From: Candidatus Deferrimicrobiaceae bacterium
Lineage (GTDB): Bacteria; Desulfobacterota; Deferrimicrobia; Deferrimicrobiales; Deferrimicrobiaceae
Assembly: GCA_963792415.1 (NCBI GenBank)
Contig: CAWBVY010000006.1
Coordinates: 256,001-320,000, forward strand
Length of the DNA stretch: 64,000 nt
Direction: 5' to 3'
Numbering within the stretch: position 1 is the stretch's first letter; every line of letters begins with the position of its first letter. Of the stretch, positions 29,399-36,204 are shown one piece after another. Under the pieces are notes generated by a model. The model saw only the letters and a program-made list of their open reading frames with translations. It ran no database searches and was not told the DNA's origin. Position numbers and translations under genes: made by a program.

Positions 29399-29414
29399 AG
29401 CATCAGCCATGCCA
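29399..29414 (-). promoter_or_regulatory. sigma54 (-24/-12) promoter for the gcvH-like/cytochrome operon
   Basis: Minus strand TGGCATGGCTGATGCT (GG-N10-GC). Confidence 0.6.
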
Positions 29415-29754
29415 TCCTCGGCCCGAACCCCGCAGAGATCAGTAACCTTCTGTTCGTTAAGGGAAACCAGAACCAAGGACCAACCATTTCCGGGAAGGAT
29501 GAAAAACCGGATTCTGTGTGTATTCTCTACGCTTCCAGGAGGGATTACCTAAGTATTCAATTTCTTTCACATTAAAATGTTGTGAATTTCAACAGTACGT
29601 TGAGATTTTCATCACTCCATTTGATCGCCCTTCTGCCCGGTTGACTCCCTGGTACCCCGGCACCCGCCTCTGCTATGGATTTCCACGCTCCAGTCGGGAA
29701 CCCATACGGTCCCTGTTTGAATTTTCCGCACATCCCCCTTGCAGGGTATTTATA

Positions 29755-29771
29755 TTGTATACAGTATACAA
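29755..29771. promoter_or_regulatory. Perfect palindromic operator TTGTATAC-A-GTATACAA
   Basis: 17-bp inverted repeat in the promoter region of the 4Fe-4S/NrfD operon; near copy at 34226. Confidence 0.7.
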
Positions 29772-29848
29772 AGAACTATAATTCCACTGACGGACAGGAT
29801 TTCCGCCGACAGGGTCGTGTTACGCCGACACCACGGGAGGAAAGAGAG

Positions 29849-30766
29849 ATGACCATCAGCAGACGGAACTTCCTGAAGGCCGCGGGTGCGGCCGGCGGCG
29901 CCCTTCTCGGGGGGGGCGCCGCGTCGGCCCGCGCCGCGCAGGTCCCGCAGACCTCGGCGGGGGGCGTCGAGTTCGACGGGATGCTCATCGACACGACGAA
30001 GTGCATCGGCTGCCGCGCCTGCGAGGAGGCGTGCAACGAGGCGAACCATCTCCCCAAGCCGAAGGTCTCCTTCTCCACCGAGAGCGTGTTCGAGGAGACG
30101 CGGGACACGACCACCGGCGCCTTCACGGTCGTGAACCGGTTCCCAAACGAGAAGAAGCCGCAGGAGCCGATCTTCGTCCGGAAGGAGTGCATGCACTGCA
30201 ACCAGCCGGCGTGCGCCTCCGCGTGCCTGTGCCGGGCGATGGAGAAGACCAGGGAAGCCGCGGTCATCTACCACAAGGACCGGTGCATGGGGTGCCGCTA
30301 CTGCATGATCGCCTGCCCCTTCGACATCCCGAAGTTCGAGTACGACAGCCCCACGCCTTACGTGTGGAAGTGCATCTTCTGCAACGAGCGGCAGATGCGG
30401 GGGGAGCCGCCCGCCTGCTCCGAGGTGTGCCCCACCGGCGCGACCCTCTTCGGGAAGAAGCGCGACCTGCTGGAGATCGCCCGGAGCCGGATCTACACGG
30501 AGCCGGACAAGTACGTCCACAGGATCTACGGGGAGCACGAGGTCGGCGGGACCGGATGGCTCTTCCTGACGGGCGCTCCGCCGGAGAAGCTGGGCCTGCG
30601 GACCAACCTGGGGACGACCCCCTACCCCGAGCTCACCTCCGGGTTCCTGTACGGGGTGCCCCTGGTGTTCGTGCTCTGGCCGTCGCTCCTCATCGGGCTG
30701 AACTACCTCATCAAGGATACCAAGGTCGACGAAACGAAGGAGGCCTCCCATGGCGAACAGGACTGA
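29849..30766 (+). CDS. Tat-exported 4Fe-4S dicluster subunit (HybA/HmcB/NrfC-like)
   Basis: SRRNFLK Tat motif; CIGCRAC, CMHC...CASAC, CMGCRYC...CPF, KCIFC...C...CPTGA; C-terminal TM. Confidence 0.92.
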   Translation: MTISRRNFLKAAGAAGGALLGGGAASARAAQVPQTSAGGVEFDGMLIDTTKCIGCRACEEACNEANHLPKPKVSFSTESVFEETRDTTTGAFTVVNRFPNEKKPQEPIFVRKECMHCNQPACASACLCRAMEKTREAAVIYHKDRCMGCRYCMIACPFDIPKFEYDSPTPYVWKCIFCNERQMRGEPPACSEVCPTGATLFGKKRDLLEIARSRIYTEPDKYVHRIYGEHEVGGTGWLFLTGAPPEKLGLRTNLGTTPYPELTSGFLYGVPLVFVLWPSLLIGLNYLIKDTKVDETKEASHGEQD

Positions 30767-32045
30767 CGCGGCGCCCGCGAGCGCCGAAGGCACCGTGACC
30801 TTCCGGGAGGTGGCTCGGGAAACGATCCGGTTCGTCCTGAGCGAATTCAAACCGAAAGGGAAGATGCTGACGCCGTTCAACGTCATCACCGGGGCGATCA
30901 TCCTCTCCGGCCTCGTGATGATCGCCATCCGGTTCGCCTACGGCCTGGGCGCCGTCTCCAACCTCTCCCAGAACTACCCGTGGGGGATCTGGATCGGCTT
31001 CGACGTGGTCACCGGCGTGGCCTTCGCCGGAGGCGCCTACGTCCTGACCTTCGTCGTCCACATCCTGAAGGTGAAGAAGTACGAGCCGATCGTCCGCGTG
31101 ACCGTCCTCAACGGATTCCTCGCCTACGTCTTCTACGCCGGCGCGCTCCTGCTCGACCTGGGGCGCCCCTGGAACGTCATCAACCCCATCATCGGGAACT
31201 CCTTCGGGTTGAGCTCCGTCCTCTTCCTGGTCGCCTGGCACTTCCTCCTCTACATGATCTGCGAGTTCCTGGAGTTCTCCCCGGTCGTCGCGCAGTGGCT
31301 GAACTGGCCGAGGGCGCGCAGGATCCTGGAAGGGCTCACCACCGGCGCCGTCATCTTCGGGATCACCCTCTCGACGCTCCACCAGTCGGGCCTGGGGGCG
31401 CTCTTCCTCCTGGCCCCCTCGAAGATCCACCCGTTGTGGTACTCGGGGAACATCCCGGTGATGTTCTTCGTCTCCAGCGTCTTCGCGGGCCTTTCCATGG
31501 TCATGATCGAGAGCTTCTTCACGCAGAAGGCCTTCAAGGACCGGATCGGGCACGAGCTCCACGCGGCCCACGACAGCATCCTCCTCGGGCTGGGGAAGGG
31601 AGCCGTCGGCGCCCTCTTCGCCTACATCTTCCTCAAGCTCGTCGACTTCGTGCACTACAAGCAGTGGGTCTACCTCGACACCCCGATGGGGTACTGGTAC
31701 CTGTTCGAGATCGTCGGGTTCGTCCTCCTGCCGACCGCCCTCTTCCTCCAGGCGATCCGGCAGCGCAACCCGAAGCTCGTCCAGTTCACCGCGTTCCTCA
31801 CGGCGATCGGGGTGATCCTGAACCGGCTCAACGTCTCCGTCATCGCGTTCAAGTGGTACGAGGCCGTCCGGTACTACCCCTCCTTCATGGAGATCTGGGT
31901 GACGCTGGCGATCATCAGCATGGAGCTCTGGGTCTTCCGGTGGGTGATCAACCGGATGCCCGTGTTCGGAGAGGCGCATGAGGTGGTGGAGGAAAAAACC
32001 GCGGAAGACCTGGAAACGGTCACATGGAAGGCACCCCTTTCATAG
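30750..32045 (+). CDS. NrfD/PsrC-family membrane quinol-interacting subunit (HybB/HmcC-like)
   Basis: YPWGIWIGFD, DLGRPW, LSTLHQSGLG, LNRLNV; about 10 TM. Confidence 0.92.
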   Translation: MANRTDAAPASAEGTVTFREVARETIRFVLSEFKPKGKMLTPFNVITGAIILSGLVMIAIRFAYGLGAVSNLSQNYPWGIWIGFDVVTGVAFAGGAYVLTFVVHILKVKKYEPIVRVTVLNGFLAYVFYAGALLLDLGRPWNVINPIIGNSFGLSSVLFLVAWHFLLYMICEFLEFSPVVAQWLNWPRARRILEGLTTGAVIFGITLSTLHQSGLGALFLLAPSKIHPLWYSGNIPVMFFVSSVFAGLSMVMIESFFTQKAFKDRIGHELHAAHDSILLGLGKGAVGALFAYIFLKLVDFVHYKQWVYLDTPMGYWYLFEIVGFVLLPTALFLQAIRQRNPKLVQFTAFLTAIGVILNRLNVSVIAFKWYEAVRYYPSFMEIWVTLAIISMELWVFRWVINRMPVFGEAHEVVEEKTAEDLETVTWKAPLS

Positions 32046-32221
32046 GCATCCACGCGGGGGAGAAGGACATGGTGCGGCAGTTCGGTGTGGACACCGGCTT
32101 TGGCTGGGTATCGGAACCTCGTTCCTCGAAGAAAACTTGGAGGGACAACCCTCGAGGTGCGCATACGAAACCTCCAGGTTCCGAAAGAAGACGCCCACCG
32201 GGTTGTTGTGCCTCTGCGTGA
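32024..32221 (+). pseudogene. Degenerate remnant of a GcvH-like gene (paralog of the 27045-27737 start)
   Basis: MEGTPFIGIHA vs MEGISFIDIYA; GFGWVSEP vs GHGWLRPEP; TM and body lost. Confidence 0.6.
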
Positions 32222-32351
32222 ATCTTTTTATTCGCCGGTTCGAAGCTGCCACTGACCTGCTCCCCTGCCTGTCGCACCCTCGCCCTGAATTTTCTCTTCC
32301 TCGATCTCCGACAATGGGGTAAATAAAGGAATCACTACTCAGAGGCAGACG

Positions 32352-32805
32352 ATGTCCGGGGTCCAACGAAATACCTTCCTTGCGGTTCTCCTGGCGACCA
32401 CGATATCGACCCTGTTGGCCTGCTCCACTCTTTCAGCGGACGTCAAGGTCCTCCGCAATCAGGCAAACGCGGGAGACGTGGAAGCCCAATGCCAGCTCGG
32501 GGTCATGTATGCCAACGGCGAGGGTGTCCCACAGGATTATCAGGTGGTATCGGAAGGCCGCAGAGCAAGGATACGCGGCTGCCCAGTACAACCTCGGCTT
32601 GATGTATTCAAACGGTTCGGGCGTCCCGAAGGATTTCGTGCAATCGTATTTCTGGCTCAGCCTGGCTTCCTCAAGAACGTCAGGTGATGCAAACAAACGT
32701 GCCTCCGAGGCAAGAGACCTGGCCGGAAACAAGTTGCCCCCCGATAAGCTCCTGGAAGCCCAGCGCATGATAACGGCATGGGAGAAATTGCACCTGCCGA
32801 CGTGA
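32352..32805 (+). pseudogene. Frameshifted Sel1-repeat gene, paralog of 25680-26360
   Basis: Frame switch near 32540 (GVPQDY | RWYRKAAEQG); both halves match the intact paralog (VQSYFWLSLA, EAQRM). Confidence 0.8.
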
Positions 32806-32941
32806 TGCTTCAACGGACCTGCCCCCGGTATCGACAGCAGCAGTCCGACGCGGGAGACCCCGCCAAAACAGGTGACGGAAGGCTTCCGGCAATCCAGGTC
32901 CGCAAGGGGAGACCCCTCCGGACCGTGCTATCTTGGGGCGA

Positions 32942-34108
32942 ATGAAGAACGTATCTACGAACCCGCGTTTCTCCCGCCGCGCCGAGGCGGTGACCCCGTT
33001 CCTCGCGATGGAGGTTTTCGAGCGGGCCAAGGCGCTGGAGGCCGAGGGGAGGGACATCGTTTATCTGTGCGTGGGGGAGCCCGATTTCCCATCGCCCGCA
33101 GTGGCATGCGAGGCCGCGATCCGGGGGATACGCGAAGGGGGGACCACCTACACCCATTCGCTCGGCCTTCCGGAACTGCGCGAGGCGATCGCGGAGCATT
33201 ACGCCCGGAGATACGGCGTCGCGGTCGACCCCGGGCGGATCATCGTCTCCTCCGGCACCAGCCCGCTCATGTTCCTTCTCTTTTCCGCACTGCTCGACAA
33301 AGGCGACGAGATCCTCCTTGCCGACCCTTGCTACTCCTGCTACCCCAACTTCATCCGCTTCCCGGGGGGGAATCCCTGCTTTCTCCGGACCCGGGAGGAG
33401 GACGGATTCCAGCCGCGCCCCGAGGAAGTCCGCCGTAGGATCACGCCGCGAACGCGCGGGATTCTCGTCAATTCGCCATCGAACCCGGCCGGCTCCCTCC
33501 TTCCCTCCGCCTGGCTCGAAGAGCTGGCTTCCCTGCCGATCCCTCTGATCTCGGACGAGGTGTACCATGGCCTGACTTACGAGGGGGAGGAACGCAGCGC
33601 CCTCGAGTTCGATCCGGAGGCCTTTGTCTTCGGGGGGTTCTCCAAGACCTTCGCCATGACGGGATGGCGGCTGGGGTACCTGATCGTCCCCTCATCCGGC
33701 GTGCGGGTTCTGCAGAGCCTGCACCAGAATTTCATGATCAGCGCGAACCACTTCGTCCAGCAGGCCGGAATCGCCGTCCTGAGGGAAGGACGGCGGGACG
33801 TGGAAATCATGCGGGACGCCTACGACCGGCGGCGCCTTCACATCGTCGAACGGCTTCGCGCGCTGGGCCTTGGCGTTCGCAGGATGCCCCAGGGCGCATT
33901 CTACGTGCTGGCCGACGCGCGTTCCATCCATCCCGATTCGCTGAAGCTCGCGATGGAGATCCTCGAGGCCACCGGAGTGGCCGTCACCCCCGGAATCGAC
34001 TTCGGCGAGGGTGCGCAGGGATATCTCCGCTTCTCCTACGCGAACTCGGTCGAAAACATCGATAAGGCGATGGACCGGCTCCGGGAGTACCTTTCGGCGA
34101 GGAAATAG
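32942..34108 (+). CDS. PLP-dependent aminotransferase class I/II (aspartate aminotransferase-like)
   Basis: GEPDF, NSPSNPAG, SDEVY, FSKTFAMTGWRLGY, YLRFSYA. Confidence 0.93.
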   Translation: MKNVSTNPRFSRRAEAVTPFLAMEVFERAKALEAEGRDIVYLCVGEPDFPSPAVACEAAIRGIREGGTTYTHSLGLPELREAIAEHYARRYGVAVDPGRIIVSSGTSPLMFLLFSALLDKGDEILLADPCYSCYPNFIRFPGGNPCFLRTREEDGFQPRPEEVRRRITPRTRGILVNSPSNPAGSLLPSAWLEELASLPIPLISDEVYHGLTYEGEERSALEFDPEAFVFGGFSKTFAMTGWRLGYLIVPSSGVRVLQSLHQNFMISANHFVQQAGIAVLREGRRDVEIMRDAYDRRRLHIVERLRALGLGVRRMPQGAFYVLADARSIHPDSLKLAMEILEATGVAVTPGIDFGEGAQGYLRFSYANSVENIDKAMDRLREYLSARK

Positions 34109-34205
34109 GAACCGCGAAATCCCCTTGTCCGGGAAGGGTCGTACCGAAGGATGCAGCGGGCGTCGTCGGAGCCGACAGGCTTCATGTCCTCGTGCTCCCC
34201 CCCCC

Positions 34206-34242
34206 TTGCATTTCGCCGCCGTTTATTGTATACAGTATGCAG
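34206..34242 (+). promoter_or_regulatory. sigma70-like promoter overlapped by the TTGTATACAGTATGCA operator
   Basis: TTGCAT-N17-TATACA; operator nearly identical to 29755-29771. Confidence 0.55.
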
Positions 34243-34282
34243 ATCAGTCTGCCTGCAGACGAATCCAATAAAGAGGTGACGC

Positions 34283-34381
34283 ATGAACTCCAAGATGACG
34301 CCTATGGTTTGGTTACTGCTTCTGACGGTAATCATCGGGTTCGGAGGGATCCTTTCCCTGGCGGTCAAGGCGATCCGCTAG
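34283..34381 (+). CDS. Unannotated 32-aa membrane micropeptide MNSKMTPMVWLLLLTVIIGFGGILSLAVKAIR
   Basis: RBS AAGAGGTG, own promoter/operator, single TM. Confidence 0.6.
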   Translation: MNSKMTPMVWLLLLTVIIGFGGILSLAVKAIR

Positions 34382-34500
34382 CCGGTCGGGATATTTCCTG
34401 TCCGCCGGGCATTGAAACCCGTCATCCGGTCACAAGACGGTCACAAGCTCCTGCCGGAAAATCGATCCTTTATCCGTTAAGAGGATTTGGCGGAATCGAC

Positions 34501-34527
34501 GCTCGGGGTGCGCACCCGCACCCGAGC
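34501..34527. other. GC-rich intergenic hairpin
   Basis: GCTCGGGGTGCG-CACC-CGCACCCGAGC with one bulge; no U-tract. Confidence 0.4.
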
Positions 34528-34746
34528 CTCTCGCGCCGCGCCGGTCCACCATCCGTCGCCATTCGGCCGTGTTGAGCCTCACCCCACCCCTGGTCCAACC
34601 CCAAGAATAAAGAATCCCCTCCTTCGCTTCGCGGTCCGGGAGTGTCGCCATGACGACGACCCGGGACATGCCGCAGGGAACCCCGCGCAGTGAAACGGAA
34701 TCTGAAATGGAAGCGCTCAATCTTTCGAGGGGCCGGAGGAAGGAAA

Positions 34747-35352
34747 ATGAGAGCGTTTCTGGAGCAACCGATGAGAAGATCCGACTTCCTCAGGTTCGGT
34801 TTCGCCGTCGCGGGAGCGTTGTTCCTTTCTCCGTGCCCCTGGTGGGAGAGGACCCCGGCCGCGGAAGCCGCAGAGGAGGCAGGGGCGCACCGGGGCGGAA
34901 AGGAGGAAACCATCAAGGTGTATTCCGTGGAGAAGAAGGAGTTCGTCACGGTCGGGAGAGTGGTGAAGACCGATGCGGAGTGGAAGAAGGTGCTGGAGTT
35001 CGAGCAGTACGTGGTGACACGGGAGAAAGGAACCGAGGAGCCATTTTCGGGGCAGTACGTCGATACCCGCGAAAAGGGGGTCTACCGGTGCGCCTGTTGC
35101 GGGAACGATCTCTTCCTCTCGGACACGAAATACGATTCCCGGACCGGGTGGCCCAGTTTCTACGCGCCCGTCGCCGAGGAGAACATTCGTCGGGAACCCG
35201 ACAGCGCCTCCCCCGCGATTCGCCCGGAGGTCCTATGCCGCCGGTGCGATGCACACCTCGGCCACCTGTTCCCGGACGGCCCGGGGCCGACCGGATTGCG
35301 ATACTGCATCAATTCGGCTTCCCTGGTTTTCATCAGGATGGAATGGAAGTGA
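34747..35352 (+). CDS. msrB: Peptide methionine-R-sulfoxide reductase with a Tat-like export signal
   Basis: KGTE, CACC, GWPSF, CRRCDAHLGHLF, RYCINS; N-terminal MRRSDFL plus hydrophobic stretch; start could be 34771. Confidence 0.92.
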   Translation: MRAFLEQPMRRSDFLRFGFAVAGALFLSPCPWWERTPAAEAAEEAGAHRGGKEETIKVYSVEKKEFVTVGRVVKTDAEWKKVLEFEQYVVTREKGTEEPFSGQYVDTREKGVYRCACCGNDLFLSDTKYDSRTGWPSFYAPVAEENIRREPDSASPAIRPEVLCRRCDAHLGHLFPDGPGPTGLRYCINSASLVFIRMEWK

Positions 35353-35467
35353 CAGGAGCGCATCGAGGAAGTCCATGGAGAAACGGGAGCAAATCGGTGT
35401 AACATTACTCTACGGGATCGACGCGCAGGCACCGCTTCCAAGACCCGGAAAGGGGGAAACCTTCGCC

Positions 35468-35962
35468 ATGATCAAGGTGAAATCCTTTACCACCCAGCTC
35501 AAGATCTTCCAAACGCGTAACGAACTGGACGAACTGGACAAGGAGGTCAGCGGCTTCATCGCATCCCGGGGGATCAGGAAAGTGATCTCCATCAGCGATT
35601 CTTCCACGACAGGGAATTCGGGGGAAACGATCGGCCTGATCCGGGTGTTGGCTTACGAGGAGCCCGTGGCCGGATCCAGGGAACATTACCAGGAGCAGAT
35701 CGAATCCACGCTCAACGAATGGGGTGAAGAGATCGAAAAAATCCGGAAGAAGGCCGACAAACTGGGCGCGGAAGCCAGGGGCAAATACCGGGACCAGATC
35801 GCAGACCTGCGCGCCAGGCAGGAAACCGCAAGGGAAAAACTGGAGGACCTGAAGAGGGCCGGGGGGGAGGCGTGGGAGGATCTTCGGGGCGGTGCGGAAA
35901 CGGCCCTCGACGAACTGAAAAAGGGCGTGGAGGGAGCCGTCTCCAAACTTAAAAAAAGCTGA
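35468..35962 (+). CDS. Hypothetical two-domain protein with a C-terminal sll1863-like coiled-coil
   Basis: RBS GGGGG; MIKVKSF...GETIGLIRVLAYEE domain followed by YQEQIESTLNEWGEEIEK...EAWEDLRGG. Confidence 0.7.
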   Translation: MIKVKSFTTQLKIFQTRNELDELDKEVSGFIASRGIRKVISISDSSTTGNSGETIGLIRVLAYEEPVAGSREHYQEQIESTLNEWGEEIEKIRKKADKLGAEARGKYRDQIADLRARQETAREKLEDLKRAGGEAWEDLRGGAETALDELKKGVEGAVSKLKKS

Positions 35963-35987
35963 TCCGGTACGACCGTTTTCAAAATAA

Positions 35988-35997
35988 CCCGAAGGTC
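35988..35997 (-). repeat. Intergenic GACCTTCGGG motif copy (minus strand)
   Basis: Exact core; flank GGGTTAT shared with the 49142 copy. Confidence 0.55.
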
Positions 35998-36204
35998 TTG
36001 AGCTACCCCGAGGTATAAGGTAAGACCGAAAATCCTGTTTTGTCCCGAAGGATTTATCGTAAGACGCAAGCCGTCGCCATACTTATTGCAAGACATCCCT
36101 TAATGACTCTATGTATACGATATGGATTAATTTTCTGGCATGCAGGAGATCCCCCGACTTCACGAAAGCGGCGTTGGAGAGGGATCGACTCCCCGCATGT
36201 CGGA

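Noticed and set aside
29849-32045. Hydrogenase-2 (hybAB) operon
   Set aside because: No NiFe large or small subunit or maturation genes are adjacent; only the electron-transfer core is present.
34501-34527. Hairpin as terminator or ncRNA
   Set aside because: No U-tract on either strand and no recognisable RNA family; kept only as an unexplained hairpin.
34747-35352. Sec-containing MsrB
   Set aside because: The catalytic codon is TGC (RYCINS); there is no in-frame TGA.
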